DNA of 64,000 bases from Proteromonas lacertae (taxonomy: Eukaryota): positions 248,001 through 312,000 of the forward strand of contig NGBS01001162.1 of the NCBI GenBank assembly GCA_002245135.1, read 5' to 3'. Shown here in pieces: positions 53,144 to 64,000 of this stretch (the stretch's first letter is position 1; each line of letters begins with the position of its first letter). The notes below the pieces were generated by a model. That model was not told the DNA's origin. It ran no database searches and saw only the letters and a program-made list of their open reading frames with translations. Position numbers and translations under genes: made by a program.

Positions 53144-53515
53144 AATTGCTAATGCTTACTTCCAAAATGCTAAAAGTATGAAGAATATACTTCTGGATGA
53201 GGAGGTGGTTATGAAAATAACACCAATCAAATCAACTTCAAGCCTGAAAGCTTGTGTTTCTAAATGCATTTTATTTTTTGTGTGTATCTTGCTTAAAAAT
53301 ATACTAAAATTATCAACAATGCAAATATACTGCAATACTACTTTATGTGATCAAAATTGTATTATTAAAAGAACATGATTAGTTAATTGTGTTTCTTTTA
53401 AATTAATTTATGTACAAATGATATTACAATAACCAAAAAACAATTAAAAATATACATAATTTAAAAAAATGTAAACAAAAGATAATAGAAAAAAAAAACT
53501 AATATAAATACTTTC

Positions 53516-54667
53516 TTATTCTTCAGCTTCAGCTTCTTTCAACCACATAATCATCGGTTGAGCTGCATCTTTCGCTTTCTTAATATCATCTTCAGTAACA
53601 CCTTCAATCAATCCAAATGTGTTATTAGTCTCATTCCAACCTAAAATTTGTCTTTCTGATAATATTTCATTATCATATAAAGCACGTAATATGACTGGTA
53701 TTAATTTAGATTTATCAGAATGTAATTTAAGATATCTTTCTAAACAGGCAAATAGTTTCGAACCACTTTCATCATTCTTCATATATTTCTGGAATAATTC
53801 TTTCAATATTTCATCTTGACTTGATGCTAATATTGTCTTTACTGTTGTACTTAATACATCATATACAGCTTCAAAGAGTAGTAACAATTTACCGAACTTT
53901 ACATTCATTCCAATAGATAGATTCAATGAGTTTATTTTATCATTTATTTGTTCAATATCACCTGTTTTTATAGTTTCTGCAAGTGTTTCAGCTCCAATCT
54001 TGACAGCTTCATCATCAATTGTTGAATCACCATTGTCATTATCATCTTCATTGATATAATAACTATCGTCTTTCACTGTATCTTCTTCTTCTTCCTTTTC
54101 TTTATCTTTTGGTGATGCTTTCTTTGTTTTTGGCTTTTCTTCAACAATATCTCCTCCATCTTCTTTAGGTGTTAGTTTTTTATCTTTTTTCTCCTTTTTG
54201 AGTTTATCCTCTCTATCTTTCTTCTTGTTTTTAGCATCTTTTAACATGGTTGTACATAGTTTATGACCAGGATCAACTAATGGACTTTTTGTACCACAAC
54301 ACATACACTTATGATATATCACATCTTTTTTTATTTTTAATTCTGTTTCTGGTAAATGACATTTTGGACATAATACGAATTTATCAATATAATTATCTAA
54401 CCATTCTTCTAATTTTCCATTATCATGTAAGCCATTAACACTACTCTTTTGAGTTGCTTCATCATACCTAGATTGAGCACCGAATTCACACCCAAAGAAT
54501 TTGGTTATATCTGCTGGTTTTCTATGCAATGCATTTGCTACATCAACCATATTTTCTATTACTGTTTTAATACCATTACCACGTCCTTCTGTTTTTGATT
54601 GAATTATTGGACGTTTATATCTGTACGAAGGGTCATCGACTCTTCCAATATTTTTTTCTGAAGGCAT
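53516..54667 (-). CDS. EIF5: Translation initiation factor eIF5
   Basis: DPSYRYKRP..EGRGNGIKT, KFVLCPKCHLPET, C-terminal W2 domain WLKEAEAEE; intronless. Confidence 0.96.
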   Translation of the reverse strand: MPSEKNIGRVDDPSYRYKRPIIQSKTEGRGNGIKTVIENMVDVANALHRKPADITKFFGCEFGAQSRYDEATQKSSVNGLHDNGKLEEWLDNYIDKFVLCPKCHLPETELKIKKDVIYHKCMCCGTKSPLVDPGHKLCTTMLKDAKNKKKDREDKLKKEKKDKKLTPKEDGGDIVEEKPKTKKASPKDKEKEEEEDTVKDDSYYINEDDNDNGDSTIDDEAVKIGAETLAETIKTGDIEQINDKINSLNLSIGMNVKFGKLLLLFEAVYDVLSTTVKTILASSQDEILKELFQKYMKNDESGSKLFACLERYLKLHSDKSKLIPVILRALYDNEILSERQILGWNETNNTFGLIEGVTEDDIKKAKDAAQPMIMWLKEAEAEE

Positions 54668-54889
54668 TTTGAATGTAAATGAGATTAAATGTTAATTTAT
54701 ATTGGTATGCTAGAGATGTTTACAAATAGGTATCAATACTTTCAAGAATTTTGCTAAGCAAGACCGTAGTCTTTAGAAAATCGAGCAAAATTAAAAAAAG
54801 GGGTATCGGTTTCCCAGTATATAAATAAATAGGGATGAATGAGCGGGATTAATGCTATATTTGAGGACCAACTGCATTTCATTTAAACT

Positions 54890-55600
54890 ATGAAAACTGA
54901 GTATATATTCATTCTTACTATCTATATACTATAACATCTATATCTGTTGTATTTTGTAGCATTATTTTTTTCATTATATAACCTTCAATACTATAAATTC
55001 TAATATTCGAGCAATATATAATATTTCTAGCCCAAGAGTAAGTTCATCAAGAAGAAAGTGTCGTAAGGCCTACTTCACAGCTCCATCTCACATCCGTCAT
55101 GTGATTATGAGTGCTCCTCTTTCAAAGGAATTAGCCGAAAAATATCACGTATTTATATACTTCTATTGCTTGTTATTAATAATATGATTAACAACCAATC
55201 TCCCTATCTGAATATTACATGAAGTGAGATGGATTATGATTATTCAATATAATATCTATTACATATCTTTATATTTTCAATATATTTATATTATTATGAA
55301 TAGTGTAAATCAATTCCAGTTGTAAAAGGTGATGAAGTTGTAGTAAAGAGAGGAAGTCACAAGGGAGTTTCAGGAAAAGTAACCCAAGTATACAGAAAGA
55401 AATACGTCATTCACATCGAAAATTTAGTAAGAAAGAATGCTCGTGAACAACAAGTTCCACTTGGAATCAACACATCAAACGTACAAGTCACAAAATTGAA
55501 CTTAAAGAAAGATCGTAAAGATTTATTAGCCAGAAAAGACCGTACCAGATATCAAAATAAAGGTAAATTCACTGAAAGTGATGTAAAGAATGTTGATTAA
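54890..55600 (+). CDS. RPL26: 60S ribosomal protein L26 (uL24)
   Basis: Not in the ORF track; introns 54901-55030 and 55149-55303; [41 protein letters not shown]. Confidence 0.96.
55178..55244 (+). ncRNA. Intronic box C/D snoRNA candidate (RPL26 intron 2)
   Basis: AATAA/TTATT stem, C ATGATTA (55184), D' CTGA (55208), C' ATGAAG (55219), D ATGA (55236). Confidence 0.65.
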
Positions 55601-55704
55601 ATATAGAATTGAAATGTGGTCCCTATTAATATCTGTTTTTTGTTATTTTGGGTTAATATAAACAAACAAGAATAATGAATAAAAAAAGTAAATCTAATTC
55701 TTTT

Positions 55705-56315
55705 TTATGTTGAAGGTGGTGGTGGTGGTGGTATTGATTTATTATTTGAACTATTATTATTATTATTGCTATTATTATTATCTCCCCATTTATTCTGCCA
55801 TTGTCCTCTTCCTCTTCCACCTCTTCCTCCTCTGTTATTATTATTATAACCTCCTCTACCTCCACCTCTTCCACCTCTATTACCACCTCTGCCTCCACGA
55901 CCTCCACGACCACCTCTAAATGCAGATGATTGTTGGTGGAATTGTTGTTGATTATTCTCTTGAAGTTTTTTCACATTTTCAATTACTTCTTCTTGAACAC
56001 GAATGTATTTGATTGTATTACCTCTTATGTAACATTCGTTCATATGCCAAAATCTACTTGCATCCTATTTCATTAATAGAGCGAATATATTATAAAAAAT
56101 ACTTTTGATGTTCTAATCACATCTTTTAAATTAATATTCATCCAATTATCGCAATTAAATAATTGACCATTGTAAGTTTCACCATTTTTAAGCTCAACCA
56201 ACTATAAATGTAGAGTAAATGCACAAAATAAAATAAAATACCATAGGACGAGTTTCGGCTGCTTTTAGTATGTTCAAAGGCAACTATATATAGCATAATA
56301 TTCTTAATATACCAT
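55705..56315 (-). CDS. LSM4: U6 snRNA-associated Sm-like protein LSm4
   Basis: [45 protein letters not shown] tail; three introns. Confidence 0.96.
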
Positions 56316-56393
56316 CTGCATTTTTAGTAAGTCCAATTCTTTTTATAAAAATATAGTCGTTTGATAAATTGCATTATTATCGTTTTAGATTTC

Positions 56394-57811
56394 ATGGCAG
56401 CTAAAGAAGACTGGAAGTTTGTTCAATGCTTCGGAGAGAAAACTAACACAGCTGATTTAAATAATGGTATGTAAATTTTCATTATAACCTAGCTGATATT
56501 ATATCAAGTGTTGAATTCGACCAAACTGGTGAGTATTTAGCTACAGGAGATAAAGGTGGTCGTATTGTGATTTTTGAACAAACCCAACCAGAGAAAGGCT
56601 CTATGTTAGGTAAAAAACGAGGAGTTGAATATAAGTTCTATGCTGAATTTCAAAGTCATGAACAGGAGTTCGACTATCTAAAAAGTTTAGAAATTGAAGA
56701 AAAAATAAATCGTATAAGATGGTGTCATAGATCCAATAATTCACTTTACTTATTATCAACTAATGGTATGATTTTATTATTTATAACATTTTTATAGACA
56801 AAACAATTAAGCTTTGGAAGATATACGAAAAGAGATTAAAAGCCGTTTCTCAATTAAATATATCTCAAGCCAAGGGAGGAAGTACAGTTTCATCAAACTC
56901 ATTACGTATACCACGTATAACAACCTCAGGATCTGTTTTATCCGCATATCCCAGAAGAATCTTCGCCAATGCACATGCTTATCATATCAATAGTATTTCT
57001 CCAAATAGTGATGGCGAGTGTTTCATTTCAACAGATGATTTAAGAATCAATTTATGGAATTTAGAAAGACCTGATAGTTGTTTTAACATCGTGGATATTA
57101 AACCTGAAAATATGGAAGAATTGACTGAAGTTATAACTGTTTCTGAGTTCCATCCATTGAGTTGTAATTTATTTATATATGGTAGTAGTCGTGGTACATT
57201 GAAATTAGGAGATTTAAGACAAACAGCTTTGTGTGATCAATACACCAAATGTATTATTATATATTTTCTATTATTATTATTATATAGTATTTGAAGAAGA
57301 AGTAGGAGATCCAACAATGAAAGGATTCTTTTCAGAAATTGTCAGTTCAATTAGTGATGTTAAATTCACAAGTGATGGTAGATATATCGTATCTAGAGAT
57401 TATATGACAGTAAAATTATGGGATTTAAATATGGAGAAGAAGCCAGTAGCTACATATAAAGTTCATGACCATTTAACACCAAAATTACCAGATTTATATG
57501 AAAACGACTATATTTTTGATAAATTTGAAGTTTCCGTTGGTATGAATAACGAATATTTCATTACTGGTTCTTATGATAGCACTTTCCATATATTCTCTAG
57601 AGATGAATCAGTTCATAAGATTATTGAAGCTACTGCTACACCAACCAAAGTGAACAAATCCAATAACAAACGTAAAGGTAAGACTGATTATGATCCATCT
57701 ATTGATGCTATTGATTTTAACAGAAGATGTTTACAATTGTCATGCCATCCACAATCACCCAGTGTTGCTATTGGAGGTCAAAATTGCTTATTTATCTATA
57801 GTGCAGTTTAA
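56394..57811 (+). CDS. PPP2R2: PP2A regulatory subunit B55 (PR55)
   Basis: [59 protein letters not shown]. Confidence 0.97.
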
Positions 57812-58024
57812 TTATAATAGTGTAAATAATTAATAATACTGTTGTGAGATTTATTTTTATATCTCACTTTCACTTTTAAATAACTATTATATTATGCTAA
57901 AGAATTATATTATTTTCTTTATATTTACTGAATATGTATTGTTTGTGTGGTGTGAGTGTGTTTTATGAATTTTATAGAAAATAATAAAAATAAATATTAC
58001 ACACATTTACGAATTATTTACTTA

Positions 58025-59055
58025 TTAACTAATATATTTATTAATTTTCATTAATCCATTGATTTGGTGGAATAATGAAATAAAACTTTTCAAACAACTA
58101 TTCTTCTCTACATTATATTTCGCTAAAAATTTTGAATCTCTTTTCACTTTTATTACATCTTCACATTTTTCAGCTGCAGCATCAACATTATATTCCAACT
58201 CAGATATATAAACTCCGTTCTTTTCATCCACAAATTCACTTTGTAATACAATTGCATATACTCCATAATTCTGTATTTCTTGTAAGGCAATTGCTCCTGT
58301 ATCATAAAATGAATAATATATAACACATCTTGATTCTGATGCATAGCTCAATAAATCTTCATGATTATAACTTCCATATTTTAACACTACATTGTTATAT
58401 TTTTTCAACAGTTTTACCAATTTCTTTCCATATCTCTTCATATTCAAATCAGCATATTTTAAAAATATTAAAAAATCATATTCTCGATCATCCCATGATT
58501 TTATTGCACTTAATTTAGGATTAACGTTTGTACATGCTCTAAAGAATAAATATTTGTGTTTATAATCCGTTGTTTTGGATTTAGTCATTATATGATTTCT
58601 TACTCGAGGATAATGAACAACATATCCAAATATTTTACTCATATACTCCTCTCCATTTCACTTCATATGATCTATGATAAGGAAATTCCATCCACGAAAT
58701 TGGAGAAACGTTAGGACCATACAACACATTTGAAAAATTGAATTGACTTTTGTGATAGGATGTATTCAAAATACTCTGGTTGCTCGAACCATATCACTGT
58801 TCCATTTAAATGTGAAAGACGATGAAGTTCGTTCAAAGTGATACTGGCTTTTATATAAATCTTACACATATTACTTAATTCTATTGAGTTATTTCTAAGC
58901 ATATCATTAATCGATCTGGAAAGAGCTGAAGGACCATGTTTGATGTTTTCAGGAAAGATTACATACAACGATTTTAAATTGTATGAATAATTAGTATCAT
59001 CTGCAATACATGACAAAACAAATGTTATTACTACAAATACAGCATTATAAAACAT
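58025..59055 (-). CDS. Intronless secreted or type II membrane glycosyltransferase-like (GT-B) protein
   Basis: Hydrophobic N-terminus; HGP, YGPN, YGSYNHEDL..IYYSFYDTGAIALQEIQNYGV; two +1 breaks (58733-58737, 58648-58649). Confidence 0.6.
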
Positions 59056-59169
59056 TATTCAACACACTTTCCTGACAAGTTTTTGCTTGAACAAAAATTA
59101 AACAAAAACATAACCAAGTTATAAATCAAGTAGTCATATACACAAAAAAGTATTAATTTATATATAAAT

Positions 59170-60827
59170 CTAATTATATTTTGGAATTTTGGTGTTTCCT
59201 CCTTCTTTATATCGATTATTACTATTATAACTTCTTTTCACTGGATGTTGGTTTTGCTTTAATAAATATTGTTGCTGTCTTTCTTTTAATTGTTGATTTT
59301 TAGCTTCAATGTATTTTTCATTCCTTTTCCAGATATATAGAACATCATCACTACTAACATCTTGTGCATCATCTGGTAATGCAGCATCTTCATCTATATA
59401 TGTTGAATCTTCTGTTAATTTAATTGGCTGTATTAAATGTAATGTAAAATAATTAGGAACTTCTAAATGATCTTTTACTATTGGTGGAATATATAAAATT
59501 ACATATTTTGGAAACAATTCAAATGCATGCATAATAAACTTCTTAGTAATAAAATACTCATCATTACAAGGTGGTCTTAATCCAATTATACAGTTTCCTT
59601 TATTGGGTAAATTATAAACACTCAGCCAATCATTTAACGAGAAATGTTCAACATCAGAATTGTATTTAGGTGGGAAAATATCATATCCACAATATTTTAC
59701 ATCTAGAAGTGAACCAAAATAATTTTCACCACAACACATATCAATATACATATCATCACTGTCAAATATACTAAAAGAAATAAAAAGATATGTTAATATA
59801 TATACTTTTTAGATAATATAAATTCTGCTATTTTCTGTAAAATATCATGAGATGTATAAACTCTATTATAACATCTTTCTTCATTATAATTGACAAAATT
59901 ATCTAATTTATTAAGATATTCTTGTGCTTTCTTTCTGTAAATACCAGGTTCATATGCAGCTGCATTACTTTTAAAGAATTGTTCAATTGGTTTTTTATTG
60001 AAATCAATATAATTATATGGTTTATGATATCGATGAAATCTATATATAGTTTTCATATTTACTTGTTTTACTGTTCTTACAAATTTACTGCAATTTGATA
60101 GCTTCTTCTTTTGTCATTTGGTCTGGAAAGGGAGATACACTATTTATTACTATCATTGATGGAGTTATTGCATTTATTTCATCATTTCGAATACTTTGAT
60201 TTGTTACATCAATAAATGCTTTAGATGGATATTTTAATCTATTTATTAATATTAATATTAATATAATATACATATTATTCAAATTATCTATGGATGAATC
60301 TGTATAATTGATTGTTTTGAAATGATATTCTTTTAGATATTTTGTTAAACTCAATCTTGGTCCAAGTGGAATATTCATTTCACAAAAATCAGAGTATGTG
60401 AATTGTTTGAATATATCAAATGGTATTTTATAAAAGGATGTTCTGAATTGACTTAATTGAAGTTGATTTAATATCTCATCAACTTTCTATAGTAATTCTA
60501 TAATAATATTAACTATACAGCATCTACATTCTTGACAATTACCTTTTTAATGCTTTTGTTATAACTACACAACTTACATTCCCAATTCTCTGATGTAATA
60601 TAACTATCATAACTTGATTTTGATAAACAGCTTTGACCGAAATGTCTATTACATGATCCACTACAATGAATTATTTTAGAACATTTTTTCCTACAAATAC
60701 AGCATATTTCTTCACTTGGATAGAATCTAATCCTGAATTCTTCATAAAGCCTTACAACAGCTTCCTGTATTTGCGAATCACAAGATTTACTCAATATTTT
60801 AAAATTATTCAATAAACTAAGCTGCAT
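59170..60827 (-). CDS. PHD + SAM + methyltransferase-like domain protein (EDM2-like)
   Basis: PHD CCIC..CSGSCNRHFGQSCL..WECKLC; SAM-like MNIPLGPR; DMYIDMCCGENYF, YDIFPPK, IIGLRPP..KFIMHAFELFPKYVILYIPP. Confidence 0.72.
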
Positions 60828-60999
60828 TTAGTTAAATGAAACATCAAACAGGTTTGAACCTTATTTTCTTATTATTTCATCACTTAATATCATTTACGAA
60901 TGAATATATATAATTTATAAACACACACAAAAAGAGAGAATATTCAAATGAAATATCTGAAAAAAACAACTTATCACAATGATTAATTACAAACATTGT

Positions 61000-62166
61000 C
61001 TAAGATGGTGGTGCTTGTTGTTGCTGTGCAGCTGGTGTAGTCTCTGGTCTTGGTTCTCTCCAATTACTCTCATAATTATTACGGTGATTACTATTATATC
61101 CTCCTCGATTAAATCTACTATTATTATAACCTCCTCTACTACTACTATTATTAAATCTATTATTATAATTATAATTATTATTTCTTCCTCTTCCCCCATA
61201 GTTGTTATTATATCCTCCTCGATTATTAAATCTACCTCCTCTTCCTCCTCTATAATTATTATTACCTCCTGTAGCACCAAAAGTCTCTCGATTTAATTGT
61301 TTATTCATCATTCTTGTTTGTTTTGGTGCATCTGTTGACAATGTATCAAAGAAGCTTGAGCTTTTATCATAGGCTGTTGATTTAATACTTCCATCTTCAG
61401 CTAAGGTAGTTGGTGGTGCAATTCCATCATCTCCACCTGTGGTTGTTGTGTTATGCATTGCTAACCATTCTGATTTATCTTTCTCTTTATCAAATTGTTC
61501 TAATGAACTTTGCACATCGAATTCAGTACGATCAATTGGTTCTGATGGTCTAGACATTCCACCTCTGTTGTATCTACCATAATTATTGTTATGTCTTCTG
61601 TAGTTATTGTTATTGTTATATCTACCTTGATTGTTGTTGTTGTTGTTGTTGTTGTATTTATTATGATAAGGTGAGTTATAATCGCCTTGGTTAGGTAGAG
61701 AGGGTGAATCTTCGTAAAATGAGGGTGGTTCTGGCACTGGCGCTGTTCTCTATGATAGATATATTAACGATTAAAAATATATTCAAATACAGCTTCTCCT
61801 GTTTCAACTACAGCTGGATCACTATTGATTGTCTATATTGGAGGTAATATTAAATTATACTGGTCCATCAGAAACATATAAATCTTTAATTCCAGAACTT
61901 GAGAATGCAATGTAATCATAAACTTTACCATCTGGCTCAATTTCGCCTTGGCCATTCTTTCTTCCTTCAGTACCACATGCATGAACTAATTAAATATAAA
62001 AAATAATTATGCCATCTTTTAGGGTCAAAGTAGCCTCTTGTGTGTTAATATGGTATAAAATGCCTTCGTATCTAATTTCAGCTTTGGATATGATTGAAAC
62101 TTTGCTACCAATATAAGAAACCTGTGAATTGTCTTGTGGAGGTTGGGCTGCTGCAGTATCAGCCAT
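61000..62166 (-). CDS. LSM14: LSm14/Scd6/RAP55
   Basis: [28 protein letters not shown]-type [16 protein letters not shown] box, TFG box, RGG tail; first intron GC-AG. Confidence 0.95.
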
Positions 62167-62232
62167 TTATTTTAAAATGAAGAAAATGATGTGTTAGATC
62201 TGATTTAGTCGCATTTTACTTAAAATTGAATT

Positions 62233-63616
62233 ATGGATGATCTAACGTTTAGTTTTCAAGAAAATCAGAATAGGGCAAAATTAGAAGAGGTGTATAAACC
62301 GATGGAGAAGCGTGAAGATCTACCAGAGAATAATGCCTATAATCTAAAACAAACAGTGAGATACAGACCTGGACAAGTATAAACAAATATTTGGTTTTTA
62401 CAATTTTAATAGGCTCCACATTGGGTAAAAGATGAAGAAAGTAGTGATGAAGAAGAAACAGTAAAAAGAGAACCTTTAAAAATAATAGAATCATCTGTAT
62501 GAATATATTTATTATTGTTATTTAAATAGGATGAACAGTTGATTTATAAAAATCAGACAAATCAAACTCAAACCAGACGAAGAGAAAGACACTATGAACC
62601 AATCATATTAGATAACAAAGAAAACACAATTGAAAAAACAAATGAGTCAATAACAAATCAAGAAACAGAGGAATCAATTCTACAAAGAAGAATGAGAGTA
62701 AGACAAAAACAACAGGAAGAAGAAGAGGAAGAAGAGGAAGAAGAAATGCCAATTCAAGAGGAGGAGGAGGAGGAAGAAGAAGAAGAGGAGGAAGAAATGG
62801 AAGAAGATGAAGATGATGATGAATGAAGATGATGATGAAGAAGAAGAGGAAGTATGTTTAGCTAAACCAGTATATATTCCTAAAGAGTATAGAAATATAA
62901 TCAAAGCCAAAGAAGAAAAAGAGAAACAATTGGAAGAATTAAAAGCCAAAAAACAATACGAAGATGAATTAAGAAAAGCTGAAGTACATACAGAAGTATT
63001 AAAATTATTAGAAAAAGAAGAAATTGATAAACAAATGAAGGATTTAGATAATGATGATGATAAACCAGATGATACAGATTATCCAGATGATCAAGCCGAA
63101 GAGTTTGAGTTATGGAAAGTAAGAGAATTAAAAAGAATACAATTATATTTACAACAGAAACAGCAATTATTAGATGAAAAGAAAGAAACTGAAAGAAGAA
63201 GTAAATTGACAGATGAACAGCGTAAAAAAGAAGATGAGGAGTTAATACGTAAAGGATTAAAGAAAGGCGAAACTGAGAAGAAACAATGGAGTTTTATGCA
63301 GAAATATTATCATAAAGGTGTATTTTACATGGATGAAGATTCTATTAAAGATAAAAATGATGTTAGAAATAAAGATTATTCAGAACCTACAGCTAGTGAT
63401 GCTCATATTACTGAAGCTACACCTGCAATTATGCAAAAGAGAGATTTTGGTAAGAAAAGTCAAACGAAATGGACTCATTTAACGAATGAAGATACTACTA
63501 ACTGGGAAAACCCTTGGTTTCAGAAAGATAAAGCTAGAAATAAGTATAATAACAAATTAGCTGGTTATAAAGGTGATTTGAATGATGCTGGTAGAAAGAG
63601 AAGAAAATTGAAATAA
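62233..63616 (+). CDS. MFAP1: Spliceosomal B-complex protein MFAP1
   Basis: VRYRPGQAPHW, KPVYIPK, EFELWKVRELKRI, FMQKYYHKGVFY, DFGKKSQTKWTHLTNEDTT; +1 break at 62822. Confidence 0.93.
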
Positions 63617-63697
63617 TAATGATGTTTGTATTAGTAATTATATAAAAAATATACAATAATAAAAGACAAAAAAATATAAAAATATATTTATTAATTT

Positions 63698-64000
63698 TTA
63701 AACATTGATATTGTTTTGAAGAAAAAATTGCCATAAAAATTTGGTTAAAGGTTCTATAACATAATCATAAAATCCCATAGCACCATAAAACTGCAATAAC
63801 CATAACAAAAATATAAATCTGACAATGTAAGGGAAAGGAAAACTATTGATATAATAATAACACGATTATACAGATCATCTACCCATGGTAATGTTTTTTC
63901 TATCAACAATAACAATGAAAACATTGCCCAAAACAACAAAAAGTTGATTCTATATCGCTTTTGATGGTGATGGCATTTGCATTACATATGAAAAAAATGG
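63698..64000 (-). CDS. TB2/DP1/HVA22 (REEP/Yop1) family protein, 3' part
   Basis: LLFWAMFSLLLLIEKTLPW, intron, FPFPYIVRFIFLLWL..YGAMGFYDYVIEP; 5' end lies outside the window. Confidence 0.65.

Noticed and set aside
54668..54889. Regulatory uORFs upstream of eIF5
   Set aside because: The only upstream ATGs (54877, 54882) lie next to the divergent RPL26 start and may be outside the eIF5 transcript; this cannot be supported without TSS data.
54901..55030. ncRNA in the 130-nt RPL26 intron 1 (also the ~74-nt LC8 5'-UTR intron near 37063-37136)
   Set aside because: No C/D or H/ACA box arrangement or convincing stem was found by eye.
694..63734. Many short antisense or shifted-frame ORFs (e.g. 1963-2238, 10282-10566, 22472-22759, 29535-29852, 55653-55919, 60979-61296, 62680-62949)
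   Set aside because: They are shadows of real genes or low-complexity repeats and show no independent motifs.
63899..63930. GC-AG intron in the HVA22-like gene
   Set aside because: The unspliced frame gives the family motif LLFWAMFSLLLLIE.
1..64000. Prokaryotic features (CRISPR arrays, operons, IS elements) and transposons
   Set aside because: The sequence is intron-containing eukaryotic DNA; no repeat-spacer arrays, terminal repeats, transposase or reverse-transcriptase motifs were seen.
1..64000. Stop-codon reassignment suggested by fragmented ORFs
   Set aside because: Long exons (eIF5, GH95, ThrRS, cullin) contain no stops, genes end in TAA, TAG and TGA, and the breaks are explained by introns or indels.

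Overview
This is eukaryotic nuclear DNA, not prokaryotic. It is very AT-rich and extremely gene-dense (about 36 protein genes plus one tRNA-Thr(CGT) in 64 kb), uses the standard genetic code, and is split by many tiny (mostly 23-40 nt) GTAT...TAG introns, so the ORF track fragments or misses many genes (e.g. RPL26, LC8 and a BAF-like gene). Gene content includes radial spoke protein RSP3, an organelle-targeted acetate:succinate CoA-transferase, GatA, an organellar ThrRS and a surface GH95-like glycosidase. By inference this fits a flagellated anaerobic gut protist with a genome-bearing mitochondrion-related organelle, e.g. a Proteromonas/Opalinata-type stramenopile related to Blastocystis; this is not confirmed. 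Best observations: (1) a 54-nt U12-type AT-AC intron that restores the cytochrome b5 reductase frame; (2) box C/D snoRNA candidates in the two longest introns (DnaJ, RPL26); (3) a 9.4-kb TRANK1-like SF1 helicase with a RelE-like segment and three tandem N-terminal modules; (4) BAF-like and EDM2-like proteins outside their textbook lineages; (5) two recurrent promoter motifs and an E2F-type site. About 14 frame breaks map to doubled bases or homopolymers and are most likely long-read assembly errors. All family assignments are from motif recognition by eye, with no searches run.
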